Source: Neocallimastix sp. 'constans' (Eukaryota). From it: DNA of 64,000 bases. The position numbers and the translations under genes are program-made. The DNA lies in assembly GCA_050613775.1 (NCBI GenBank), contig JBODTK010000109.1:124001-188000 (forward strand). The letters run 5' to 3'. A model generated the notes under the pieces. That model saw only the letters and a list, made by a program, of their open reading frames with translations. It was not told the DNA's origin and did no database searches. Of this stretch, positions 38,976-54,145 are shown piece by piece (within the stretch, counting starts at the first letter, position 1; the number at the start of each line of letters is the position of its first letter).

Positions 38976-41709
38976 GTGGTAGTAGTAGTAGTAGTAGTAG
39001 TAGTAGTATTAAACGTATTTGTCGTATTAGTCATTTTAATAGTATTAGTAGTATTAGAAGTTGTATTAGTATTAGTATTACGAGTGGTATTAGGAGTATT
39101 GATAGTATTAGTAATATTATAAGAATTGAAAACAGAGGTAAAACTTTTCCGCCTGTTGAGACTATCATAAGAAGAAGGTTGTGAGGATGATGACTGAGAA
39201 ATACAACTTGATGTCTTTTTTGAATTCGATGAATATGAAGAATGTCTTAAATGCATTATTCCTGAAGTATTAGTATTATTACTGGATATAAAACTATTAG
39301 CAATATCAATAGTATTTAAAGTATTAGGAACATTTGATATTGTAGTGGAGGAAGAATGAATAAAAAAATTATAATAGTCATCATAATTTAAAGTATTATT
39401 TGTATCATTCCAAAAATAGACATCATCATTGGCAAATTTATCCATTGCTTTTCGGATGTGTTTAAAATTAGAAAAAGGATTTGTAAATTCAACCAACTTT
39501 TTGTAAATATTTTTTTCATTGGTATTTATTTTTGCCCAAGTTCGTTTAAGACGTTCAACATAAGTATTTTGGAGACCATAAATAATTTGATTTAAGGTAC
39601 AAAAATTATGCATACGATAACATTTTTGGGCAATACGAATAAACTTACTAATAAGTTTTACTCTTAAATCAATACTAGAAGTTCTTAAAATTTCTGAAGC
39701 AACCCATTGACTAACATCATTGAATCTTTCAATAATGCAAGTAATTCCAAATTTAGGATTATAATAAGGGTCAATAGAAAAATTAATATTTTCATTATTT
39801 TTACTCTTTTCCTTTTCTTTTTCTTTTTCTTTTTTTTTTTCTTTATTATTAGTTAAGACATCTGTATCATCATTTTTATTATTTCCTTTCTTATTAATAG
39901 GATTTGAAATAGTAGAAAGATTCTTTCCCTTTTTATTTTCATTTATTTTAGTCCAATTTTCAATATTTAATAATTCTGTCCAATGTACTCGACGAAGTAA
40001 AACTTGTTCGATTAAACAACATTGTTGAGCAAAGTCCTCAGAATGAATTGATAATACAAAAGATTTTGAACTATTATTTTTATTAGAAATATATTGAAAT
40101 AGAGAATTTTTACGATGGTGATTACTGCTACCCTTACTTTGAGAGCGAATTTTCGTGGAAGGAGCACGATTCAAATTACTTCCATTTCTTCCATTATTAG
40201 TTTCAAAGTAATTTTCTTGATTGGTTTCATTAGAAGTTATAGGACTGTCTTTTCTATTACCTACCCAGTAGGACTGAATATCTTCATACACATCAATATT
40301 ATAACTAAAGCTTTTTCTAAAGTTGGCACGTGTAAAACGATTATCTCCATTTTCATCTTCACTTTGAATTCCATATTCAGATTCAAAATTAAATTCACTT
40401 TCATTATCCTCAGGACCAGATAAAACAGAATAGGCTTTTTTCTTAAAACTTGATACCTTTGAAGACATTAATTTTTTCCAGTTATGATGTTTGGCACTTT
40501 CATTACTATATGGAATGGATGATAAAGGAAATTCTGATATTGATGTAGAATCATTATCACTGAATACACTATCACTATTATATAGATCATATTTTGATGA
40601 ACGATTATTAATACGATTATCATCAATTCCAACATTGTAAACAGGAACCACCGTACTATTATTAATATACTGCTTATTCATATTCACATTCGCATTAGCA
40701 TTAGCATTAACATTTATATTCACATCATTACATATTGTTTCTTTACTTTTACAAGAGTAGTTAGAAGTGAGAGAATCTGTACCTTTTATATTATTTTCAT
40801 TATTAATATTTCCATCGTTATAATCATTACAATGATTATTGTTGGTAAGCAATGAATATTTAGGATTTCTTGTAGAAGAATGAGTAATAAATGGGTTAGA
40901 GGTATTTTCGTTATATATTCCATTGATATCACTATATTTTTCAGTAATTAAATAATATAAAGTATCATTAATTTTCTTATCATAACGAGATTCTTGAATA
41001 AAAGGTAATTGATTAATTTCTTCAATAAACATTAAAATCATATCAATTAAATTTTTGTTATTCTTAAAATCAATGTCCCAAAATTGTGTAATCCATTTTC
41101 TTAAAACCACAAATAATCTTATTCTAACTTTTTTCTTTTCTTGTGTATCTTCATTTACTAAAGCCCATCGATATCTAGTAATTAAAAGTCTTCCTAATTG
41201 ACAAGATGTCAAATAGAAACGGTAAGTTAATAAAAAATCAATTACAAAATTATAATCAATGGTACTTGTTAAGTACTGGATTAATTTATAAACAGTTCCA
41301 GCAACTAAAATTTTTTCATGCTCTCCATCATTATAAGATTTATTATTTTCATAAAGTATATTTCTCTTAGAATCTGGTTCATCAAAAATATGAATATTAT
41401 CTAAATAAGAAATATTCATTATTTCTTTATCTTTATTATTCATTGAACTGATCTTTAAATAGTTGAGGCATTTTTCTTCCTCAAGACGACCTGTAAATTG
41501 AACTTTAGGAATAGATGTTTTTTTTATATCATTAAAAAAATTTTTTTTTTTTATATTGACGTCATTTATTGATCTTAATAAATTTAACGATTTCTCTTCA
41601 AAATTATCTGATAAAGAAAGTAATTCTTTTTTCTCCACGAAAAAAGGTTTACCTGTGTTAGATGATGATGATATATTTTTATTCTCATTTTTATCAACTG
41701 AGGATAAAG

Positions 41710-41748
<39 letters not shown>

Positions 41749-44425
41749 AGTTTTTAATTTTTATTTCTTTAGTTTTTTCATCATTATTTATTAAATTTAT
41801 GGATAAATCATCCACATTTTTTGATAATTTATTATTTAAGATAATTGGCCTATCGGAAATTGATTTTTCAAGCTTAGATTTTGTAAAAATTGAAGTTAAT
41901 GAATTAAATGTCAATTGCGGATGATGATTAGAATTGTCAGAATTAATGATAGAAGATTTTATATCTATATTTTCAAAGATATCTTCATTAGAACTATTAC
42001 TATCACTACTACTATTATCAAGAAATTCCGTTTCTGGAAGTAATAATAAGTTATTGTTGTGGGGAAGAAATTCTTTATCTTTAGAAATATGTAATGACTG
42101 AAAAATTAAAGTATCTGGATGATAAAAACCATTATTGATATTAGACAAAACAACAGATGATTCTGAATTTTGATTTTGGACTTGAATGTTTTCATTTGAT
42201 AATTGTTTAGATATTATTTTTTCAGTTGTTAATACAGAATTATTTATAATACTTGTATCACTAGTTTCTAGGCTTTGATTTTCCTTTGGCAAATTTGTTA
42301 CTATAGTTGCATCTTTTTCATTTGATTTAAGTACAAAATTTTGTTTTGACTTTAAATCAGAATTTTTAAAGTTAGATTTAGATTTAATTTTGTCTTCTAA
42401 TTTAGACTCGATTTTAGACTCTGATTTAGACTCTGATTTAGACTCTGATTTAGATTCTAATACTGATTCTATATGATTTACTAGAGAAATAGAATTAGAT
42501 TTGGAATGAAGGTTAACATGAGCTTTTATTGGGTATTGAAGGTTAGGTGTTGAATACGAATGATGAAAAGGTACAGCCCTAGTTGATACTTCTGTCGTTT
42601 CATGAACGTGAATAGAATAGTTTGAATTAACATTAATAGATCCTATTAATGAATCATCATTTGTAAGAGTGGTAGAAGAAGCAGAAATAGAATGATTAGT
42701 TCTGATGTCATTGTCATTCATATTTAATTTTGATACTTGTGAATATTCTCTGGAATATTGAGGTTTAATAACAAACATGTCATGATTTGATTTAGACTTA
42801 TTCATTTGAAATAAAGAATTGATTAATTGATCTTGTTGAATAATTTTTTTAAAGGTTTTTTCGTCATCTGTATCACTTTCATCATATAATTTATTATTAT
42901 TTATTAATTCTTCAGTAGTTATCTTAGTTGATAATGAACTTTCGCAATCATCTTTATCATTTTTACTATTTCTATTATCACTACTATCACTAGTATTACC
43001 ATCATCACTATTACTATCATTATTATTACCATTATTTCTGATATTTTTATAACTACTTCTATTACTAATTTTATTTTCAGGATCATTACTAAGAGTATCA
43101 GAATTAATATAATCAATTTTTGAATTAATTGCACTATTTTCGTTTGCCATTATGTGATTTAATGATAATGGTATATGTAAATGATTTTCTAATATTGATG
43201 ACTGATTAATTGATAACTCTTTATCATTACTTTTAATTTTATTATTTATATTTTCAATAGATGAATCATTAATTACAGTATTTTTTCCAAAATTATTTTT
43301 TTTAAGTTCAAATGATTTATGCTTATTTGAATTAGATATAGAAACAAATAAATTTTTTGGTGTTTCTGCAGGTAAAGATGACAGATTATAACTCTCTAAT
43401 TCTTGATCAGCATTAATGAAAGTAGATAAAGATGAAGAATATGAATTTGAAGATAATGATGTATGACTTGATTTAAAGTTTAAATTTAAAAGATCTAATG
43501 AAGACATAGAAGCTATTTTTTCATCTTTTCTCTTTGACCTTTTCAACGATTTTAAACGCTTATAAAGAGTAGTTGACCATATATCATCATTATCATCATC
43601 ATTATCTATAGAGGACCAAAATCGGTTTGACTGAAGATCATAAAATATTTTATTGTCTTCTTTTTCTTCTTTATAATTAACTATATTATCTTTTTTATAC
43701 TCTAATTCTATTTTTTCATTTTTATCATTGTTATTTACATATTCAGGATTATTTTTATTATTTGTTACTTTTAAAATATTTAAATCATCATCATCATCAT
43801 CATCATCATTATCATCATCATCATTATCATCATCATCATTTTCATCACTACTAATATACATATTAAAAAATCTTTTTTCTTTAATTATTTTACCTTTTAA
43901 AACAATACCTATATCATCATCATCATCATTATCATTTACTTCTTCAATATCTTTTGTTCTAATAATTTTACTTCTCGAAGAAGAATTTTGATAATCTTTT
44001 ATTTCATTGAATATTTCTTTTTCATTGTGTATTAATTGCTTATTAAATAAAAAAAAATTATTTTGTTCAATGTTTTCCTTCCTTTTTATTAAATGTGATT
44101 CTTCAATATTTTTATTACATATTTCAAGTTGATTTTTCTCTAAAAATGGTATTACAGAAGATTTTAATGGATCAATATTTGGTGAAATATTACTACTTAT
44201 CGATAACGTATTATCAGATGATAAACTATTTATAGAATTTTTTCTCTGAGAAGAATTTTTATCATTATTTATAGAACTAGGAGAAGTATTACTAGTTAAT
44301 TTCTTTATATAGTTTTGATTTATTTCACTCATTTTTTTTTCTGATGAAGAACCTGAGTATGATAATAAAACTGAGTGGTCATTTGATTGGGAAAAATTAT
44401 TATAAACTATTTTTAAGGTATCCAT
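37460..44425 (-). CDS. Ras-family guanine nucleotide exchange factor (REM + CDC25 domains), Lte1-like
   Basis: REM domain: AGTVYKLIQYLTSTIDYNFVIDFLLTYRFY..RYRWAL..VRIRLFVVLRKWI. CDC25 domain: FVLSIHSEDFAQQCCLIE..VHWTELL, IERFNDVSQWVASEIL, KFIRIAQKCYRMHNF, VERLKRTW, LPFTGIILSDL, LVNFQKFR. One uninterrupted 2321-aa ORF. The Lte1 assignment is from recalled similarity only. Confidence 0.9.
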
Positions 44426-44557
44426 ATTTATATTTATATATATATATATATTTACTAATAATTATATATGTTATAAAATATAAAAGAATCAAAATTATTT
44501 AATAATGACTTATAAATATATATTATTATAAATAGTAAAATTTTGAATAAAATTAAA

Positions 44558-44592
<35 letters not shown>

Positions 44593-46538
44593 CTTTAAGA
44601 TAAAATGATTGAAAAGAACTATTAGTATATAAATGAAAATAACAATATTATTAATGAAATTAATTTTATAATTTTAATTTTTTAAATTATATTAAAAAGG
44701 AAGTTTTATTATTTTTTGTTCGTTTCTGATTAATATTAAAATTTTATATTTTATCTTTAATATAAATACATATTTGCTATTGATGAAGTTAATAAAAAAT
44801 TGAATTAAAATAATATAGGTTCATTTTTTTTATTATATATTTATATCTTAATATATTTCTTTATATACATATATCAGTTGTATTTTCAAAATATTATTAA
44901 TTTATTAATATGTCTACTAGTACTATTGTATATCCTAAAAGAATTATTCAATATATACATATATATTATTGTTAGTTCATATTAATTTTTTGATTTACTA
45001 ATTTGTTAATTATTTTTATTTATAATAATTATTTTCTACTAATATTCGTATATTTTTTATATAAAACAATTTATTAAAAATTATTTAATAAAAAAAGAAT
45101 TAAAAAAAATAAAATATAAAAAAAATAAACATTATATATAAACTACATTTATAATTATTTTTTCTTTGTCATTTTTTTTAACTAAGCACATATTTTATTT
45201 TAAATATTTAAATTCAACGTTGTTAAATTTTCATTGATTTATCATCATTTATGCTATGCAATCATTATACGTTTTTTAATTAAATATTTTAATTTATACA
45301 AAAATTGATACTAAATCTTAATAAATAAATTTTTTGAAAATTAAATTATTATAATATATAAATATTTGGGAAAAAATATATATATATATATATAAAATTA
45401 ATTATTAAATTTTGAGATTTTAAGCTAAAAATCACCATTATTTGATTTATTTAATATGGAATTTAAAAATATTAAAAAATTTTTGTTATAAATTTTAATA
45501 TAAGAAAATCTTTTTTGTTTTTGAATAATGATAAAAAATTTAAAATAATGTTTAAAATAATAATTCTATAACACTCTATAATAATAATAATTTACATTTT
45601 TGAATTTAAAAATGTAATTAAATATTTCGATCATGCTTCATTAATATGTTTTAATTAATTCTCTAAATTCCATATTATTTTATATAATAAATAATAATAA
45701 CTGAAAATTAATATTTAAGTATTTACTTATATATTTAATTTACTTGTATTTTTTCACTTAATCAATGTTTCTGAATTTTACAATTCAGAAATAATTCAAA
45801 GTATCATTATTTGAAATGTAATAATAAATAGTGGAAAATATTTATAAATATTCGTATTTTATTTTCCATTTGTATTATAAAAAAAAAGGATTCAATAAAA
45901 TATTATTAATTTTAATTAAATTAATAATATTTTCTGTTAAATAACAATAAAAATTTTTATTAAATAGTTAAATAGTTTAAATTTTTTTTAATTAATAAAG
46001 TTTATAATTTTTCCATCACAAATTAATATTAATTAATCCAAGTATAGCTTAATTGAATCTTTATTTGTTGAAATTTTTCCCATAATAATTGTTTATTATT
46101 ACATATTGAAGTATTCATGTAATAACAATTGTTCTACTTTTATTATTCATATATTTAAAAATATATGTTTATAGTCACAATAAAATATTTATATTTATAT
46201 TTAATTTAAAATTATTTTTCTTCATGCCTTTTATCCTTTTTTAAATATCATATTTTTTTTATTCTTTAATTGTAAACTATTAGTACTATTAAATAAATAG
46301 TCTATAATATTTTGAAATATTCCTATCTATTTTTTTTATGAATTAGACATATATAACTCCAAATAATGAATATTTTATTTAATTAAAACCATTTGTAAAT
46401 GAAATAACAATTACCTTTTATACTTATATATATATTATTTATCCCTTAATATGGAACTTTTTGTTTTCAATTTCAAAAAAAAAAATATATATATATATAT
46501 ATATTTATACCTATAATTAAAGTATATTTCTAAATATA

Positions 46539-46580
<42 letters not shown>

Positions 46581-47349
46581 TATTTATTAAAATATAAAAT
46601 TTAAATATTTTAATTATTTAATATATTCAATCATTACACATTTTAAATAATGTTGATATAAATTATTATTAATATACTATTTATTAATATCTAAATTCAA
46701 AAATTCTATTGTATCAATTATTGTTATGTAATTATATTGCAATATTATTAATATATTGAATTAATATTATAAAATTATATTCATTACCTTTCCTAAAACA
46801 AAATTATTGATTCATTTTTTAATTTTTTAAAAATGACCTATTAAAACATGTTATATAAGTAATTTATTTACATACCAAATAAAAAAAATAATTAAATAAT
46901 ACCCTTATAAATATATATATATATTTATATAACAATCTTTACATAATAACATATAATATTACTAATATATATAGAATTTTATCAAATGAAAATAAATTTA
47001 TATTTAATGTTCACATAAATTATTGTATTTACATTTTAATATTGTGTATTTAAGTTTATGGTGGAAATTAAAGAAAAAAAAAACATAAAAATTTCGTTAA
47101 ATATATTAAAACTAATATTTAGAAATTAATATATTATAAATTATTACCTTTTTAAATAATTATTATATTTGAAAATTTATTAATGATTACTGTAATTTAT
47201 AAAATGCTATATTTATTATTTTTTTTTTTAAGAAAAAAAATAAGATAGAAATAATAAAAATTAATAAACCTTTTTAAAAAAAATTATATTATATTTTATT
47301 ATTAATTTAATATAACAAGAACATTAGTTAAATATTGAAAAACTTATAA

Positions 47350-47381
<32 letters not shown>

Positions 47382-49169
47382 GTTATCTTTTTATCTATTT
47401 AAATAGTTTTAAGAACTTATACAATTAATTTTTTTATAATAATAAAAAGTTTTATTTTATTATTAAAATCTATATAATATATATAAAAGTCTATTATATT
47501 TTATTGTATATTGTTATATAAATATATTTAGTAATAATTAAATATAATTGTATAATAAAAAGTTTATTTATAAAATATATACATTGATGTATATTACATA
47601 TCTTTTATTTATATCATTTAAATATTGGCCATTAAATAATTATTTGTATTTTAATATATTATTAATATATGATGATGATAGATATTTCTTTTCCATAATA
47701 TATTGAATTATTCATTATAGTAAAAAAAAAAAAAACACGGTTTTTTTTTTACAAATAAAATTTATATTAAATAATATGTTAAGATAAATAATAAAACAAA
47801 ATTTATTTATATTTTAAATGTAAATATATTAAAATTTATTATAGTATAATGATAATATTATATCACAAAAAGATCAATGTTTTTTTAAAAAAAAATATAA
47901 TATATAAACTTTTTTTAATAAATTAAAAATATAAAATTTAAAGTTAAAAAAAAATAATTTGACACGAAAAGAGTAAATAAAATTAACAATAATATATGGT
48001 ATAAATTATATGTTTATATTTGTTAATATTTTTTATTTGTATTTAATAGTTTTATACATTATACTAATGTAATAATAAATATCTTAGTAATTTGTGTCTA
48101 ATACTTCCCAAAATGAAGTATATTGTTATTTATATTTTAAGCTTTAATATGATAGAATATTTAAAAATAACATTATATATAATTTGTTTGTATAATAAAT
48201 TTTATTATATATTCAGTTTCATTTAAATAAATAGAAAATAATATTATACATTAAAATGTTACTGAAAGAAATATACATAAAATAAAATTTCTAAAAAAAA
48301 AATTAATTTTTTATTAATTTATAAAAAAAAAAAAACTAATAAAGATAAATAAGGAAAAAAAAATATATATTAAAATTTATAATTATTTGAATTTTTTCAA
48401 ATTTACAGTGTAACTATTTAATATATTAATACATTAAATATTATTAATGTAATGTTTAAATTTTTTTTCTTGTAACATCCGAAATATATATATTATTCAA
48501 TTTAAATATTAATGAAAAATAGTAAATAAATAAATTTATGTAGACATATATATTAGAGTTAAATGTAATTTGATAATATAATTTAACTTCAAATCTAATA
48601 TAATTATTATATCTATAAAACAAAAAAAAAAAAAAAGACATCATATATTTATTTTATAATTATTATTTATTACTTTATAAATATAATAAATAATGATGGA
48701 ATGATAAAATGATTATTTTCAACTTTTTATCGATATAAAAAGTACAATAATATAATAAATAAAATTAAATAGAATATTAAAAAATACTAAAAATTTAAAA
48801 TATATTTGAATATTTATATATATTTACATATTATTCATATTGCAATATTAATTTCAAAATAAAAAAAAATTAAAAATAAAAAAAAAATTCAAATAAAAAT
48901 AAAAATTACAAATAAAATTAAAAAATAAAAATTGATAAAAGATTTAAAATCATTATACAATGATAACTTCTACCAAATAAGCACTGAAGTTTTCTATCCT
49001 GAGGTATCATGCAACCACAGTGGTATCCAAAAGGCTTTCCCTCGACTGTTTATTCATTCAACCCTGATACTACACTACAACTTAATCATAGGCTTTGATG
49101 ATATATCCGGTTAAGTCTAAAGGAATAGGGTGGGATAAATTACAACACGACAATGATTACACCTGTTGG

Positions 49170-49278
49170 GGAGAGTGAATGGTTCCGGTTCCGATACTCG
49201 CGGTCAATGGAGATATATGTAGGAATATAGGGAATTCAGCTCCGGGCAGACGTGTAACGACGTGTTATGAGCGGCGAC
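49170..49278 (-). repeat. Dispersed GC-rich non-coding element, copy B (within a GC-richer island at about 48950-49285)
   Basis: Its reverse complement gtcgccgctc..gtcgttacacgtc..atattcctacatatatctccattgacc..attcactctcc matches 36231-36341. Confidence 0.9.
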
Positions 49279-49786
49279 TATATGCTTTATATTTTTTAAT
49301 GTTAATTTCTAATTATTAAAATATATAATATTTGTGTTTATATTTATATATATAATATTTCTTCTTTTCTTTTTTCTTTTTCTTTTTTTTTTTTTTTTAA
49401 CTTCAACAGAAATATGTTTTTAAATAAGAAACAAATTAGTTATAATTTTATAATTTTATAAAAAAAAAAAATTGTGTATAATTCCTAAAGTATTATTATT
49501 AAAAGAATCAATTATATAAAATAAAATAGTTGATAAGAAAAAATAATAATAAAATATTACATAAAATTAATATATTTCTAAGAGTTATTAATTATAAATA
49601 AATGAATAAATAAATGAAAAATATTTTATAAATACTTTAAATAAAAAAATAAAAAATTAATAATTTTTTCAATTTTTTTATTTAAAAAAAATATATATAT
49701 ATATATATTATTAACTTTTATATAATATTAATTTTTAAAAAAAAGTTATATATATATATATATTTTGAAATAAAAAAATTAAAATG

Positions 49787-49848
<62 letters not shown>

Positions 49849-50239
49849 GTAATTATATTTTTTTTCTATTTTTTTTATTAAATAGTTAAATTATTGCAAC
49901 CAATGAAATATTAAATTAAATTAGATTTGTTTAAAATAAACTAAAATAAACTTATAAATAAATATGTAAAAACCATTAATAATAAATGATCATACAAAAA
50001 TTGGTATTATCAAAATAAAGTTTTTTTGATAATTAAATTTGTTAGAATATGTGAAATATGAAAAATAAGCTTCATATATAATAAAATTTATTTTATATGA
50101 ATAAAATTTGGATTAAACATAAAATATTAAAAGTGTTAAAAACTCTTTCATAAAATGTATTAATAGAGTTGACATTATTATAAATCCAAAATTCATGATT
50201 TGAAGCATTAACTATCATTGGAATTTTTAAAATATTTAT

Positions 50240-50710
<471 letters not shown>

Positions 50711-50872
50711 TGTTATAAATAAATAAATAAATTAAATAGATAATTTTATGTAAATAAATAATAAATAATTAATAATTAATAAAATATAATAATATGTAAA
50801 ATTAACATTAATTATGTTAATATACCCCTCTTCAGAACGTATCATCTTCTAATGGGTTCACTAAGGAAGACC

Positions 50873-52109
50873 GGGGGAGGAGCATTTCGAAAAATTTCAT
50901 TTCGGAAAGTTTCATTTCGGAAAATTTACATAAAAAGTTTCATTTTGAAAAATTTCATTTCGGAAAAGTGTCATTTCACAAAAAATTTAATAAATAAATA
51001 AATAAATTAATAATAAAATAAATAAATAATATATATATAATTTAAATAAATAACTAAATAAATAAAAATAAATATATAAAACTATAATAAATAAATAAAT
51101 TTTAAAAATTTTTCAAAAAAAATATATATATATATGGACATATATAATAAATATATAATAAATATACATTATATAATAATAAATATTCATTAGAATTAAC
51201 GCTTTAAAAAAATAAAATATTTTATCATATGTTTTAAACGTTTTATAATTTTTTAAAATATATATAAGAATTTTATATATATAAAAAAAATAAGTATTAA
51301 TAATTTAAAAGATGTAAAGGATAATAATTTAAAATATAATTGTTAAATTTAAAATATAATTATTAAAAAAAATATTAAAAAATAATATTTAAATAATTAA
51401 TTGATCATTTTATACCTTTTAAGTCCTTGCGCAGTATTTTAAAATCTTAAATTGCTAATAAATTTTTTTAATAAAAGAAATATTTATAAATAATTCAGTA
51501 AAAAAAAAAAAGATGAGTCATAAAAAAGGGAGTTAAAAGTAGCACAAAGTTAGGATGATTTTAGGTGGTATCTATTTTTTTATTTTATATTTTAATATTT
51601 TTGCATTTTATATTTTATATTTTATATTTTATATTTTTATTTTATATTTTTTTTTTTATTTTTTATTTTTTATTTTATATATATTTTTTTTTATTTTTTA
51701 TTTTATATATATATTTTTATTTTTTATTTTTTTTTATTTTATATTTTATATTTTATTTTTTTTTTTTATTTTTTATTTTTTATTATATATATATATTTTT
51801 TTTTATTTTTTATTTTATATATATATTTTTATTTTTTATTTTTTTTTTATTTTATATTTTTTTTTATTTTATATTTTTTTTTTTATTTTATATATATATA
51901 TATATATATTTTTTTATTTTATATTTTTATATTTTATATTATTATATTTTATATTTTTTATTTTTTATTTTATATTTTATAATTTTTTTTATTTTTTTAT
52001 TATTTATTTATTTATTTATTTATTTAATTTATTATTTATTTATCTATTTATTAAAATTTTGCGAAATGAAACTTTTCCGAAATGAACTTTTGTGAAATGA
52101 CACACACTC
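50873..52109. mobile_element. Non-autonomous DNA transposon with imperfect, internally repetitive TIRs and an 8-bp TSD
   Basis: ggaagacc flanks both ends (50865-50872 and 52110-52117). The left end has repeated catttc(g)gaaa units and the right end has the inverted ttccgaaatg/gaaatg units. The first catttc lies 10 nt from each end. The interior is non-coding, A-rich then T-rich. Confidence 0.88.
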
Positions 52110-53090
52110 GGAAGACCATCTCAATTCTAGTAATACTGAGGGTAATGGTAAACAATCTAAACATTGCACAATGAATGTTTTTGTTACAATTACTTATTGC
52201 AGTTGTTTGTATTTGATATTATTTAATGAATTACTAAAAAAAAAAAAAAAATTTAAAGAAATAGTATCATTTTTCTTCCATATATCTTTTCCCTTTATTT
52301 TCATTTTTTTTCAAATACAATCTTATGTACTATTTCTTCTTGTATGAATCATTCATGTATAGTACTATAATGTTATTTTTTTCATGAATTTTTTTTTTAT
52401 CTTTATTTTTTTTTGATGATTATGTAATAATGGTACTTCTATGTATTCTTGTAGGATCTGATTCGTTCCACCTCATGTATTTGTTCAATTTATTAATACA
52501 CTTTTGATATATATTTTATTAATATTATTTACACTTTTAATATAAAAAAAAATGTTTTTTTATTTCTATTTTCAACTCTTTTCCAAATATTATATGATAA
52601 AACACTCTAGATATTAAATGCAACTAATATAATTTACTAATATTATGATTTTTTTTCTATTAAGTTGCAAGTATCATTGAAATAAATACAATATAAAAAT
52701 ATATATAGATAACTCTTTAAAAAGAAGAAAATACAACAGAGACGACTTTATTATTGTTTTTTAATTTTATACAATATTCATTAATTTTTTTTTTTTTTCG
52801 TCTTATTTTTATATTTTTTTTTTATTTTTATTAATATAGAGCTTAGTTTTTTTTTTTTTTTTTTTTTTTTTTGATATACGTAGAGGTCTCGGACGTTTTA
52901 GTCCTAACAATGAAAAAATTGTTTTAATTTTCATTCATGACCTTGAATTTTAGACAGAAAGGGATACATTTTTATGATAAATATTATTTTGAATTATAAA
53001 AAAATTTTGACATTGATTTCAAAAATTTTAATTTTAAAGATAAAAAAATGCCTCTTTTAATTATTATTAAATCCCTATTTATTTACCTAT

Positions 53091-53129
<39 letters not shown>

Positions 53130-54145
53130 TTTGTTTTTATTTATTATAATATTTCCGTTTCTGTATAAATTATGGTAATTTTATCATATCAAATATAATT
53201 ATAAATTTTAAATAATTGTAAAAATATATGTATATTTTAATATTTTTAAAAAAAAAAATAAAAAATAATATAAATTTTAATTATTATCTTTTGAATATTG
53301 AGAACAAAAAAGCATCTAACACCTTTCATTCGTCGATAATAATTCCTTGTGGATTAATATTATCATTCAAAATCAGGAAATAAGACTCTCGTGAATGTAA
53401 TTGATAAAATATTGTTAATAAATTACCTTCCTTCTCCCCAAGCTGATCTATAGGATTTCATATACTGCATTTCCACTAGTGGAAATGCGGTATTGATGAT
53501 TTTATATGCAAACACAAAACTCTAAAGCAAGTCTCAATAAATTTAACTTTGAGCTTTTTCAGTGTTCTTTTTATTTTATACTTGTAAACATACATAGAAA
53601 TAAATAAAAGTACATTGAATTATTTACACTTTCAATTAATTAATTAATAAGTATATCGAAGTATTATTGTTTAATTTAAATAAATAATACTATTATTACA
53701 TATATTTAATTTACTTTATTTTAAACATTATTATTATCATTATTATAATTATAATTTTTATATATTATATAATATATAATATATATACTAAATAATATTT
53801 TTCAAAATAATATTATTAAAATAAATATAAAAAATATGTATAAAAATAACGATAAGGTATAAGATATAAAACATATATATATTTTGAAATTACAAAATTC
53901 GAAAATAGATTACAAAAATTAAATAAATTATAATAGAACTTTATATTTGATATTATTTTAATTGAAAAACTTGGTTATTTCTTTTATAAATAAAAAAAAA
54001 AAAAGTATGCCATTAAATTATTTAATTTAAAATTGAACAAACTAAGAGAAAAAAAAAAAAAAAAAAAAAAAAATTAGCAAATTAATTAGAAAAGTGTAAA
54101 AATAAAAAATAAAAAAAATTTTGATTTAAAGGTAATAAATATATA

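Noticed and set aside
37800..43991. Plus-strand ORFs overlapping the RasGEF
   Set aside because: Antisense shadows of low-complexity coding sequence with no recognisable motifs.
49030..49085. U2 snRNA-like words on the minus strand (gtgtagtatc, gccttttgg)
   Set aside because: Their order is reversed relative to U2 and the surrounding conserved U2 sequence is absent.
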